Notes: generated by a model not told the origin, from the sequence alone. A DNA stretch of 32,000 nucleotides from Candidatus Electrothrix yaqonensis (GCA_047651235.1 CP178758.1:2460001-2492000); one strand, 5' to 3'; shown: positions 15,610-24,645, counted from the first letter of the stretch. Made by a program: numbers and translations.

Positions 15610-16269
15610 TTACAGTATTTCTTTTCCTGCTTCCGTTATCTCGTATTTACAACGGATCGGGCTGGTAATAAATCCTTTCTTTTTCAGGGCGGTCAGCTGA
15701 CAGCTGATCTGTTTGGGATCCATCGCAGTAGCGGCTGCAATATCTCTGTTCTCACAGACATCATCCGACTCTGCCACGACTTCCAGCACCTGACGCTGCC
15801 GGTCATTCAGTCCGTTTTTTCTGCAGGATTTTTTTGTTCCCCTGCACCGTCCCGTCTTTCTGTTCTGCTCTTTCTTTTTGTTCTTCCGTTGGCATTTCGG
15901 GCAGATGCCGTAAAATTCAACCCGGCATCCGGAAATAGCATACCCATGACTCTGTTCGGCATCCAAAGAAAGCATGCGGCCCCGATTAAATTTGATATCG
16001 TCAACACGCCGGCACTGAACACAAAAGATATGGTCGTGCTGCTCAAGTTCCCTGTCAAACCGCTTCTGGCGCCCGCTGATTTCCAGCTTTCTGATCATGC
16101 CGGCTTCAGAGAGAATCTCAAGATTTCTGTACACTGTTGCCAAGCTGATACGCGGCAGCTTTTTTTTAATCCGTTCATACAGAGCGTCAGCTGTAGGATG
16201 ATTATGACATCGTCCCAACTCTTCAAGAATCAGTTCCCGCTGATGGGTCATCCGTAAAATATCTCTCAT
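15610..16269 (-). CDS. perR: Fur-family (PerR-like) regulator fused to an additional C-terminal winged-helix domain
   Basis: - Residues 1-127 form a complete Fur fold: ISLATVYRNLEIL recognition helix, HDHIFCVQC, and GICPKC.
- Residues 128-152 are a Lys/Arg-rich linker.
- Residues 153-219 resemble a MarR/ArsR-type wHTH (LNDRQRQVLEVV...RDIAAATAMDPKQISCQLTALKKKGFI). Confidence 0.8.
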   Translation of the reverse strand: MRDILRMTHQRELILEELGRCHNHPTADALYERIKKKLPRISLATVYRNLEILSEAGMIRKLEISGRQKRFDRELEQHDHIFCVQCRRVDDIKFNRGRMLSLDAEQSHGYAISGCRVEFYGICPKCQRKNKKKEQNRKTGRCRGTKKSCRKNGLNDRQRQVLEVVAESDDVCENRDIAAATAMDPKQISCQLTALKKKGFITSPIRCKYEITEAGKEIL

Positions 16270-16303
16270 GGTCTCACCCGCTGTTGATTAGTATTATTTC
16301 CTC

Positions 16304-16332
16304 AAGGTAATTAAGAATTATTCTTGTGTCAA
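16304..16332 (-). promoter_or_regulatory. Candidate sigma-70 promoter of perR with a 13-bp palindromic operator in the spacer
   Basis: The minus strand reads TTGACA (16332-16327), a 17-bp spacer and TACCTT (16309-16304). The spacer contains the perfect palindrome AAGAAT-A-ATTCTT (16313-16325). Confidence 0.45.
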
Positions 16333-16497
16333 GGATAAATCAACAAAGACGGACAAGTTTTTTCAGACTGATGCAATAAAATCCCCCATAAAACTGAACA
16401 GTTCAAACGGAAAACTCTGAAAAAGCCGAATCGGGTCAACTGCATTTTTTATAATAATTTCCTACAGAAAGCTGTCGGGTAATTCTGCTGAAAAACG

Positions 16498-16526
16498 AAA
16501 AAACCCCGCATAATACGGGGTTTTTT
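16498..16526. terminator. Bidirectional rho-independent terminator downstream of cspA
   Basis: AAAAAACCCCG cataata CGGGGTTTTTT. The A6 and T6 flanks give a T-run on both strands. It lies 20 nt after the cspA stop. Confidence 0.75.
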
Positions 16527-16546
16527 GCTCCTACAGAACGCAACTG

Positions 16547-16753
16547 TTACCGGGCGGCGACAACATTTTCCGCAGCAGGTCCTTTTGCACCTTCAACGAC
16601 ATCAAAAGTTACCCGCTGACCTTCCTGCAGAGTCCTGAAGCCTTCGGAATTGATCGAGGAATGGTGGACAAAAACATCTGCACCACCGTCCTGAGCTATA
16701 AAACCGAACCCTTTGGAATCATTAAACCACTTTACTGTCCCTTCAGCCATCAT
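16547..16753 (-). CDS. cspA: Cold-shock protein (CspA family)
   Basis: RNP1 motif KGFGFI and RNP2 motif VFVHH. AAGGAG RBS. Translation starts at the ATGATG at 16753/16750, not at the upstream M in the ORF track. Confidence 0.9.
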   Translation of the reverse strand: MMAEGTVKWFNDSKGFGFIAQDGGADVFVHHSSINSEGFRTLQEGQRVTFDVVEGAKGPAAENVVAAR

Positions 16754-17313
16754 GATACTCCTTGCTACACGGTTTCTTCCTGAAACCAATTTAAAAAAAA
16801 CGACTTCCTGTCAGAAGCCCGGATGCAGGCTGCGTGCAGCCTGCGGTTTACACAATTGATACGGACCAAGCCGTTATCAATCAACAGCAGCCCCGGAAAG
16901 GGCTGAATGCGCGTTTTCAATTTTTAAAAAAGTTTTGTTGCTCTCTGCAGGAAAAACAATCACTGAAAGCGGGAGCAGGAAGCTGTAAGGCTGCACTGAC
17001 ATCCTCACGAGAGCAGCAATTTTTTTTCATGGCAAAGCCAGCAGGGCCCGCTGCCTGCGGCATCTTTTAGAAGCCACTTGCTTCTTCTGCCTGATTCTCG
17101 GCCCCTGGCGGGAAAATTCAATCATTCAGCAGGACAGGAGGATACAGCTTAACTACCTTAACTGCTTTACCGCCAGAAAACCAATCACAGCACAAAAATA
17201 CCTGCTGAAAAAAATAATGCATTCTTTTTAAAAGACCTTATATAATCTCCAATGCAAAAAAAAAACAACCATTAAATAACATCAATCTCCAAAAAAAACA
17301 GAAAATTTTCGTT

Positions 17314-17769
17314 TCAACCTGCCAGCCGGATTCCGACCTGCAGCAGAGCAAAGGCATAGATCCCGGCCGCCACATCATCAAGCATAATACCCAACCCGCC
17401 GTGAATATGCTGGTCAAGCCAGTTCACCGGAAAAGGTTTAAGGATATCAAACAGCCGGAACAGGGCAAAACCAGCCACAGCGGCCAGCGGATGCCGGGGG
17501 GCCAGGGCCAGGGTGAGGAGCTGGCCGAGAATTTCATCAACAACGACCAGACCCGGGTCGCTCTGGTCAACAATCTTTTCCGCCGCACCGGACGCTGCCG
17601 TGCCGACCAGTAGAAGAACACCCAGCATGACGGCATAGGCCAGCGGCTCCAGTTTGTACAATCCTGCAGCCCAGAGCAGCACACCGACCAGGGATCCCCA
17701 GGTTCCCGGAGCTTTGGGCAGATAACCGCTGTACGCTCCGGTAGCAATAAACATAAATAACTTATCCAT
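17314..17769 (-). CDS. pgpA: Phosphatidylglycerophosphatase A
   Basis: The N-terminus GAYSGYLPKAPGTWGSLVG and the C-terminal FRLFDILKP...D motifs are typical of PgpA. The protein is multi-TM and 151 aa long. Confidence 0.85.
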   Translation of the reverse strand: MDKLFMFIATGAYSGYLPKAPGTWGSLVGVLLWAAGLYKLEPLAYAVMLGVLLLVGTAASGAAEKIVDQSDPGLVVVDEILGQLLTLALAPRHPLAAVAGFALFRLFDILKPFPVNWLDQHIHGGLGIMLDDVAAGIYAFALLQVGIRLAG

Positions 17770-17831
17770 ATTTTCCCAAAATGCAGAATTGCAGATTGCA
17801 CCGGCCTGTCCGTCCGCTGTACTATTTTATC

Positions 17832-19037
17832 CTACCTGTCACGCCCGGCCTGAACCGCAACGGCATAAACCTGCTGCAGGGGAATATCATAGGCTGATGC
17901 CAGCCGTGCGCAGTCCTCGTATTCCGGGGTGATTCTGATCCCGTCCGGAGTTTCGGTTTGTTTTGCCCGCACCGTTCCCCAAGGTGTTTCCAGTTCGATA
18001 TTTGTCCGGGGCAGGGTCAGCCGCTGCATGGTTTGAAAACGGAGACCGACAGCGCTGGTTTCGGTGAACACAATCTCCTTCAGCTGCAGAGCATGAGCCG
18101 GATCAGCAAGCAGACGGAGAAGAAAACCGGGACGGCCTTTTTTCATCTGGATGGGGATAAAGCTGACATCCAGAGCACCGGCCTCCATCAGCCGGGCAGC
18201 AACATGGGGCCAGAACTCCGGGCTCCAGTCGTCAAGATGGGTTTCAATGATCTCCACCTTTTGTGCCTCGGCAACGGCTTGCCTGTGCCCGATGAGCAGG
18301 CGCAGGAGATTGGGGCGTCCGTCCTGCCGCTGCATGGTGCCTGCGCCGTACCCGACCCGCTCCAAGGTCATGGGCGGCATGGCTCCGAAGGAACTGCTCA
18401 GCTCAACCGCAAGAGCAGCACCGGTCGGGGTGACCAGCTCCTGGTGCAGATTCTCCCCGTAGACCGGTACTCCGGTGAGGAGTTCGCAGACCGCCGGAGC
18501 AGGCAGGGGCAGCTCTCCGTGCGCACACTTCACCCGCCCGCCGTTCGGCATGGGCAGCGGCGAGCAGATGATCTCGGTAATACCAAGCTGCTGCAGTCCG
18601 GCCACCGTCCCGACAATATCAATAATGGCATCCAGAGCGCCGACTTCATGAAAATGCACCTGATCCGGCGTGGTGCCGTGTACCTTGGCCTCAGCCTGAG
18701 CCAGCCGGGTGAAAACGGCAAGAGACTGTTCAATAACTAAACGACCCAGCTCTGACTGTTCCAGTATAATCCGGATATCTGATAAATACCGGTGCCGCCT
18801 TATTTCATCTGTCCGAACCTGAACCGAAGCGGTCTGCAGCCCAGAGACCGAGACAGATTTACAGTTCAGCTCCCAGCCCGGCAGCCTGAGCCGGGCAATG
18901 GTTTGCCGAAGAAAGTCTTCACTCAATCCGGCATGAAGCAGGGCACCAAGAAACATATTGCCGCTGATCCCGGAAAAGCAATCCAGAAAGCAAATCTTTT
19001 GTGTCTGTGCAGTCTGTGTAAACGGCATGGAAGGCAA
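17832..19037 (-). CDS. larC: LarC-family nickel insertion protein (DUF111; nickel-pincer cofactor biosynthesis)
   Basis: The N-terminus is LDCFSGISGNMFLGALLHAGL. HFHEVGALDAIIDIVG is also present. At 401 aa the protein is full length. Confidence 0.85.
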   Translation of the reverse strand: MPSMPFTQTAQTQKICFLDCFSGISGNMFLGALLHAGLSEDFLRQTIARLRLPGWELNCKSVSVSGLQTASVQVRTDEIRRHRYLSDIRIILEQSELGRLVIEQSLAVFTRLAQAEAKVHGTTPDQVHFHEVGALDAIIDIVGTVAGLQQLGITEIICSPLPMPNGGRVKCAHGELPLPAPAVCELLTGVPVYGENLHQELVTPTGAALAVELSSSFGAMPPMTLERVGYGAGTMQRQDGRPNLLRLLIGHRQAVAEAQKVEIIETHLDDWSPEFWPHVAARLMEAGALDVSFIPIQMKKGRPGFLLRLLADPAHALQLKEIVFTETSAVGLRFQTMQRLTLPRTNIELETPWGTVRAKQTETPDGIRITPEYEDCARLASAYDIPLQQVYAVAVQAGRDR

Positions 19038-19079
19038 GATGGAAAGACAGGATCAGATGAACTGGTTACCTGAAATTGT

Positions 19080-20021
19080 TCACCTGAATTGCTCACCGAC
19101 CGGCAGTTTCATCCCGCAGATACAGGCCTGGACACACATCCGATTTTTGCCTTCCGGCTGAATTTCGCGGATCAGGAGATAATCCTTGCCCGTGGCAATC
19201 AGGACACCGTTCCTGTCGGCCCGGCAGAGCGTACCGGGCAGTTCTTTCACCTCGCCTTGAATCACCTGCGGCTGAAAAAAACGGAAGCGCCGGTTGTCGA
19301 TAAAACCGTAGGCGGAAGGCCAAGGATCAAGGCCGCGGATCAGGCAGTGCAGCTCGGCCGCCGGCCTAGTCCAGTCCAGATGCCCCATCTCCTTGTGCAG
19401 CATGGGGGCTTTGCTTGCCAGCGCATCGTCCTGCGGGGTCGGGCGGAGCTTCCCTTCCTTGAGCAGTGCGACCGCCTCTGTCAGGGTTTTGCCGCCGAGT
19501 TCAGCCAGTTTATTGAACAGGGTTCCGGCAGTGTCCTCCGCTGTCACGGGTATCCCAGCAGGCAGCAGAATGTCACCGGTATCCACCCCTTCATCCATCT
19601 GCATGATGGTGACCCCGGTTTCTGTCTCGCCGTTGATCACCGCCCACTGAATAGGAGCTGCACCCCGATATTTCGGCAATAAGGAGCCATGCACATTGAT
19701 GGTGCCCAAGCGGGGCAGATTGAGCAGACGCCCCGGCAGTATCCTGCCGTAGGCTGTCACCACGATCAGGTCAGGCTGCAGGGCGTTGATTGCCCCAAGA
19801 AATTCATCACTGCAGATACAGGTGGGCTGCAGGACCGGCACCCCGGCCTTTTCCGCCAGGGCCTTGGTCGGCGGCGGACAGAGTTTCTTGCCCCGCCCCT
19901 GCCTGCGGTCCGGCTGACAGACCACTCCGACCACCTTGTCTGGGCTGTCCAGCAGGGCCTGCAGACTGGGCACTGCAAAACAGGGCGTTCCCATAAAAAT
20001 AATACGCAGCGGAGCACTCAT
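19080..20021 (-). CDS. fmt: Methionyl-tRNA formyltransferase
   Basis: RIIFMGTPCFAVPSL, INVHGSLLPKYRGAAPIQWA, and a C-terminal Fmt domain. The start overlaps the def stop by 1 nt. Confidence 0.95.
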   Translation of the reverse strand: MSAPLRIIFMGTPCFAVPSLQALLDSPDKVVGVVCQPDRRQGRGKKLCPPPTKALAEKAGVPVLQPTCICSDEFLGAINALQPDLIVVTAYGRILPGRLLNLPRLGTINVHGSLLPKYRGAAPIQWAVINGETETGVTIMQMDEGVDTGDILLPAGIPVTAEDTAGTLFNKLAELGGKTLTEAVALLKEGKLRPTPQDDALASKAPMLHKEMGHLDWTRPAAELHCLIRGLDPWPSAYGFIDNRRFRFFQPQVIQGEVKELPGTLCRADRNGVLIATGKDYLLIREIQPEGKNRMCVQACICGMKLPVGEQFR

Positions 20022-20536
20022 TACTTGTTCTCTTTGCTTTTCAAAATTTTCTTCAACTTTTTCTTATACAAACTCCGTTTCAGGCTGCTGATCCTGTCGA
20101 TGAACAAAGTGCCGTGCAGATGATCCACCTCATGCTGAATGATGCGGGCAAATCGGTCCTCAGCAACAAAATCAACCTGTTCACCCTCTATATTCTGCGC
20201 CGTGACCCTGATTTTCTGAAAACGGTCCACCTTGGCACTGTACTCGATTACGCTCAGACAGCCCTCCTGATCAGGCACGCTGCCCTCTCCGTCGGAGATC
20301 ACAGGATTGATGAGGACAATGTTTTTCAGTTCCTCTTCCTTTTCTGAAATATCAACCACCACGATCCGGCGGGCCACCCCGATCTGGTTGCCTGCCAGGC
20401 CCACTCCTTGGGCATCATACATGGTCTCAGCCATATCCTGGGCCAGCTCTCTGAGCGCATCGTCAAATTCGGTTATTTTTTCTGCTTTCTCCCGAAGCAC
20501 AGAAGCCGGATACGTTACTATTTCTCTGATAGCCAT
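20021..20536 (-). CDS. def: Peptide deformylase
   Basis: All three PDF motifs are present: GVGLAGNQIG, EGCLS and QHEVDHL. Confidence 0.95.
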   Translation of the reverse strand: MAIREIVTYPASVLREKAEKITEFDDALRELAQDMAETMYDAQGVGLAGNQIGVARRIVVVDISEKEEELKNIVLINPVISDGEGSVPDQEGCLSVIEYSAKVDRFQKIRVTAQNIEGEQVDFVAEDRFARIIQHEVDHLHGTLFIDRISSLKRSLYKKKLKKILKSKENK

Positions 20537-20554
20537 TGTTCTTCAACTGTTTAC

Positions 20555-21190
20555 TCATTGCTCGATTTGGAGAGCACAGCAGGACGGGTTCCTTCTGATG
20601 CAGGCATCCGCCTTACCGAACAGCCAGTTCAGCATATTGAATATTTCCTGCAGCTCTCTTGTCGCGGAAATCTGGTCCGGATCTCTAATAAAAAGTTTAT
20701 CCTCCAAACGACCGAACTCCCAGATTCTTCCAGTAGTTACAACACCATAACATACCTTTGCCCCTAACATAGAAGCGGCGACCATTTCCGCCAGAGCCTG
20801 CGCCCATCCCTGATCAAACTTTTCTTTCCTGGCCTCTATCACGCACAGAGGAGGGACGGCCATACCGCCGTATTTTGTCTTCGGGGCAATCAGATAATCA
20901 GGCTCTCCGGCCAGATCTTTTCCCTTATCCACGTTAAAAGGCACATGCGACCAGACACGGAGCGGCTCATATTTCTCGACCACCAGATCCAGGATGGGAG
21001 TAATAATGTGCTGGCATACAGCATGTTCATTGATAAAGTATGCGCTGTCCGTCAGCTTTGTGCGAAGACGTGAAAAATGGTTTTCCGGTATCATCAGTTC
21101 AGTCTCACCGGCAAAAGGCTCCATTTTTACTTCAATATCAAAGCGTTCAGCAACCTCCTCCACTGATTCAAACGAACCGTACGGCATCAT
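20555..21190 (-). CDS. Hypothetical protein, possibly a PD-(D/E)XK / HsdR-N-terminal-like nuclease fold
   Basis: GEPDYLI ... CVIEARKEK ... Q spacing resembles the HSDR_N-type D...ExK core, but the third position is R, followed by K. The gene ends 18 nt upstream of def. Confidence 0.4.
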   Translation of the reverse strand: MMPYGSFESVEEVAERFDIEVKMEPFAGETELMIPENHFSRLRTKLTDSAYFINEHAVCQHIITPILDLVVEKYEPLRVWSHVPFNVDKGKDLAGEPDYLIAPKTKYGGMAVPPLCVIEARKEKFDQGWAQALAEMVAASMLGAKVCYGVVTTGRIWEFGRLEDKLFIRDPDQISATRELQEIFNMLNWLFGKADACIRRNPSCCALQIEQ

Positions 21191-21389
21191 TCCTCTCCTG
21201 CGCCGAATGTTTTAAAGCTTACCCTGCTTCTGCAGCAGGAGTCATCGTCATGTGATACCTAACCATTTTCTTGCCTGCTGTAAAGAAGAAAGGAGATTCC
21301 GGCAGTACAGAAACGGCTCCGGCTTGTATTCCGCAGCCGGGTTGTGTACTGTAGCAGGTAATTTTTTCTGGAAAAAAGGAGAATACAGA

Positions 21390-22250
21390 ATGAAGAAAGA
21401 AAATTTTCAGGCAGGGCTGACTCTGCTCAGAAAGCCGGTCCTGCCGTTGGTCTCGATGGTCCTGTTTCTCCAGCAGCTGAGCGGACCTCAGAGCAAGGTG
21501 GAGGATATCATCACTGAAATGCCTGAGCCGGTTGAAACGGAATATACAGTCTATGCCCGCCCCCGTGAACTGCTGCGCCGATATCTCGACTATTTCGATC
21601 TGCCGGAAGCAGCAGGCAGCCCCCGGAAAACGGAAATTCAGGTGGTGGATGAATCCGGACAGCCGGTGGACGAAACAACAGCCCATACCGCCCTGATCAG
21701 CCAGCGCATTCTGGAGAAGGAACTCGAAGAGATCAATTCCAGGCTCTGTGCACCCTGCAGCTGTACCCTCTGCTGCACCGGCCCGGAGAGCAGAATGGAG
21801 CAGGAGTTCTTTGAGATTCCTCTGCAGGAACAGGAAACAGAATGTTTTGCCCTTGCCTGTCATGATACGGCCGACAGCCGCAGCAGATCAGCAATGGATG
21901 ATGAGGCCCAGCCCCTGCAGATCAACGGTGCCCCGTTTTATCAGAGTGAAGCAGCGCGGCTGATTCACTGGCAAAACGGCTGGAGTATGATCCTGCCCAA
22001 GGAATCTTCCTGCCCTGCCCTTGAACACAGCGGCCGCTGCCGGATATACAGCAATCGACCGCTGGTCTGCCGCCGTCCACAGATTTTCAGTTATATCCTT
22101 GCACCGACCGGGCAGCCCGACCGATACATGCTGCGCAATACCCTCCTTGCTGTAACCGACTGCCCCTATGTGCGGGTTCTGCAAGAGGAGATTGCCGCCT
22201 ATGCCGCAGCCTGCGAGCTCAATTTTGTCCTGAAAGGCAATAAAAGATGA
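21390..22250 (+). CDS. YkgJ/UPF0153-type (CxxCxxCC family) Cys-rich putative Fe-S or Zn protein with a long N-terminal extension
   Basis: - GGAG RBS before ATG 21390.
- CAPCSCTLCC cluster.
- The family-typical second half SCPALEHSGRCRIYSNRPLVCRRPQIF.
- The hydrophobic N-terminus may be a signal or anchor. Confidence 0.6.
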   Translation: MKKENFQAGLTLLRKPVLPLVSMVLFLQQLSGPQSKVEDIITEMPEPVETEYTVYARPRELLRRYLDYFDLPEAAGSPRKTEIQVVDESGQPVDETTAHTALISQRILEKELEEINSRLCAPCSCTLCCTGPESRMEQEFFEIPLQEQETECFALACHDTADSRSRSAMDDEAQPLQINGAPFYQSEAARLIHWQNGWSMILPKESSCPALEHSGRCRIYSNRPLVCRRPQIFSYILAPTGQPDRYMLRNTLLAVTDCPYVRVLQEEIAAYAAACELNFVLKGNKR

Positions 22251-22333
22251 ACCGATAAGGCGAATGAGGAGTTTGATCATCCGGCTTCAGCAAAAACAGA
22301 CAGTTACAGAAAAAATTGACAAAGGAGGACGCA

Positions 22334-22990
22334 ATGAACGCACGGAAAATTCTTCAAACAGGGCCGATTATCCCGGTCATGGTGATCAGGGATACTGATC
22401 ATGCGGTTCCTCTGGCCCACGCCCTGCTGGCGGGAGGAATCCGGGTGCTTGAAATCACCCTGCGCAGTGATGCAGCTTTGGAAGCCATCCGCCGCATCAG
22501 AACCGAGGTTCCTGATGCCCTGGTCGGAGCCGGAACTGTCCTTTCTGCCCAAGATCTGCAGGCTGTGGAAAAAGCAGGCGGTCTTTTTGCCATCAGTCCG
22601 GGCCTGACCCCGAACCTGCTGGCCGCAGCAGCCAAAGCCACAATTCCGCTGATTCCCGGCGTAGCCACGGCCTCCGAACTGATGCTGGCCTTGGAAGCCG
22701 GACTGACAGAACTGAAATTTTTTCCGGCCCAGGCCGCAGGCGGAGTGCGGATGCTCAAAGCATTTGGCGGCCCTTTTCCGCAGGTCACTTTTTGTCCTAC
22801 CGGCGGTATTTCAGCAGACAACTACCGGGAATACCTTGCTCTGCCCAACGTGGCCTGTGTGGGCGGTTCCTGGCTTGCCCCGGCAGAGGCTGTTGAGCGC
22901 GGTGATTGGGCTACGATTACCCGTCTCGCCGAAGAGGCAGTGGCCGGAGCAGCAGATGTCGGGGCATATCGGCAGCAGAAGCAGCTCTGA
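22334..22990 (+). CDS. eda: 2-dehydro-3-deoxyphosphogluconate / 4-hydroxy-2-oxoglutarate aldolase
   Basis: AGGAGG RBS before ATG 22334. Motifs [20 protein letters not shown] and the Schiff-base region ELKFFPA. Confidence 0.85.
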   Translation: MNARKILQTGPIIPVMVIRDTDHAVPLAHALLAGGIRVLEITLRSDAALEAIRRIRTEVPDALVGAGTVLSAQDLQAVEKAGGLFAISPGLTPNLLAAAAKATIPLIPGVATASELMLALEAGLTELKFFPAQAAGGVRMLKAFGGPFPQVTFCPTGGISADNYREYLALPNVACVGGSWLAPAEAVERGDWATITRLAEEAVAGAADVGAYRQQKQL

Positions 22991-23674
22991 TCAGGAGAAG
23001 AAACGGGAGCCGTTCTTGTGTTCCCCGTCAACGGAAATGAATCTCTTTTCCGGCAGGAGCAGGGCCGTCAGTTTACCGCCGTATACGGCGCCGGTGTCAA
23101 TACCGATTTTATTTTTTTCCACAAGCGGCTCCCGAAAAACCGTGTGCCCGAAAATTACCGGCTTGGGAAATTTATACGGGGTGCGGATAAATTCATCTCT
23201 GGTCCAGAGGCAGTAGCTGCTTACCTGACGGCGGAGATTGACCCCGGGTTCGATACCGGCATGGACATAAATCCCGTGCTCGTCCTCCCACAGCAGGGGC
23301 AGCTCGTTGAGAAAATTCAGATGATCTTCCGGGAAAAGCTGTCTCGCCTCCTCCGGCTTTGTTTCTGCTTTAATCCCGTAACTGAACAGCGTTTCTTTCC
23401 CTCCGGCCCTGAGAAAGGTGCCGTCGTCATACCCCTTGAGATAGTTGACCAGCATAATTTCATGGTTGCCCAGCAGGGTGACAACATCCTGTTTTTTCTT
23501 TTTGAAGTCCAGGATATGCTCGACAACCTGTTTGGAATCTGATCCACGGTCAATATAATCACCAAGAAAGACAAATCTGTCTGCTTCGTTTTTGACCAGT
23601 TTCAGCAGGGTTGTCAGGGAAGTTAAACATCCGTGAATATCGCCTATAACGCAGGTTTTCGATAAAACGCTCAT
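22991..23674 (-). CDS. PPP-family metallophosphoesterase (PrpA/ApaH-like Ser/Thr phosphatase or diadenosine tetraphosphatase)
   Basis: Motifs GDIHG, GDYIDRG, GNHE and a later VHAG. The stop codon directly abuts the eda stop (TGA|TCA). Confidence 0.85.
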   Translation of the reverse strand: MSVLSKTCVIGDIHGCLTSLTTLLKLVKNEADRFVFLGDYIDRGSDSKQVVEHILDFKKKKQDVVTLLGNHEIMLVNYLKGYDDGTFLRAGGKETLFSYGIKAETKPEEARQLFPEDHLNFLNELPLLWEDEHGIYVHAGIEPGVNLRRQVSSYCLWTRDEFIRTPYKFPKPVIFGHTVFREPLVEKNKIGIDTGAVYGGKLTALLLPEKRFISVDGEHKNGSRFFS

Positions 23675-23916
23675 TCTTTGTCCATGCGGAAAAGGGTTAT
23701 CAGAGAAAGTCAGAGCTTTGATATATAACAGCAGGACGGGAACTCCGCATCATAATTGCATCATTTTTTAAGGCAACACTTGATGTTTCAGAAGCTGTTT
23801 TAAAAACCGATCATCCCACTCTTGCCTGTTGTTTTCTGAATGCTTATTTTTCGGATATGAAAGATAACTGATGTTACGCATTCGGCCCAATTATAGTATG
23901 ATAGTATGCTGGAGGC

Positions 23917-24645
23917 ATGAATACAAAATATCTTGATCTCTACACTGATTATTTGGCTGTGACCTTCGGGTACGCCACAGCCACAGGCTTGTCCGACATG
24001 CTTGACGGAAGTATAAGCCATGATAAATTCACTCGTTTTCTGTCCGATGGTGAATGGAGTTCCAAGGATTTATGGAAACAGGTCAAATCAACCGTCCGTG
24101 AGGTTGCATCCGAAGACGGTGTGCTGATCTTCGACGATACTGTTGAGGAAAAAATCGTGGATGGATGAAAACGAACTCATCTGTTGGCATTACGACCATT
24201 GCAAAGGGCACAATATCAAAGGAATCAACGTGCTGAACTGTCTTTATCATGTCGGCGATGTTTCGATCCCCGTAGCGTTCGAGCTTATTCAGAAGCCGAT
24301 TCGTTTCAGCGACCTGAAAACCCGCCGGGAAAAACGTCGGAGCGAAGTCACGAAGAATGAACTGCTGCGCCTGATGATCGATACCTGCAGTCAGCTGACA
24401 GCGGATCGGAACACGATCACGGCAATCTATACAAAACGATGGAACGTCGAGGTGTACCATAAATCTTTGAAGTCCAACGCGGCATTAGCCAAATCTCCTG
24501 CACGTCGTGTAAATGCGCAGAGTAATCATATTTTTTCCTCCGTTATCACGGTGTTCAAAATGGAGCATCTAAAAATCAGAACAAAGATGAACCACTTTGC
24601 TCTGAAGACCAAGCTCTATCTGAAAGCCATTCGTTCAGCAGTCCC
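23917..24645 (+). pseudogene. IS4-like DDE transposase remnant (frameshifted and internally deleted)
   Basis: - N-terminus YLDLYTDYL...LIFDDTVEEK.
- Frame switch at the A6 run 24149-24154 into SWMDENELICWHYDH...
- The central DDE region is missing between ...IDTCSQ and LTADRN.
- C-terminal signature YTKRWNVEVYHKSLKSN...NHFALKTKLYLKA. Confidence 0.7.

Noticed and set aside
16834-17070. 78-aa plus-strand ORF in the cspA upstream region
   Set aside because: It has no RBS and is low-complexity (Gln/Ala/Lys-rich). It lies in an AT-rich leader or promoter region.
21219-21863. 214-aa minus-strand ORF overlapping the YkgJ-like gene
   Set aside because: It is antisense to a gene with family-specific Cys motifs, has no RBS, and is compositionally odd.
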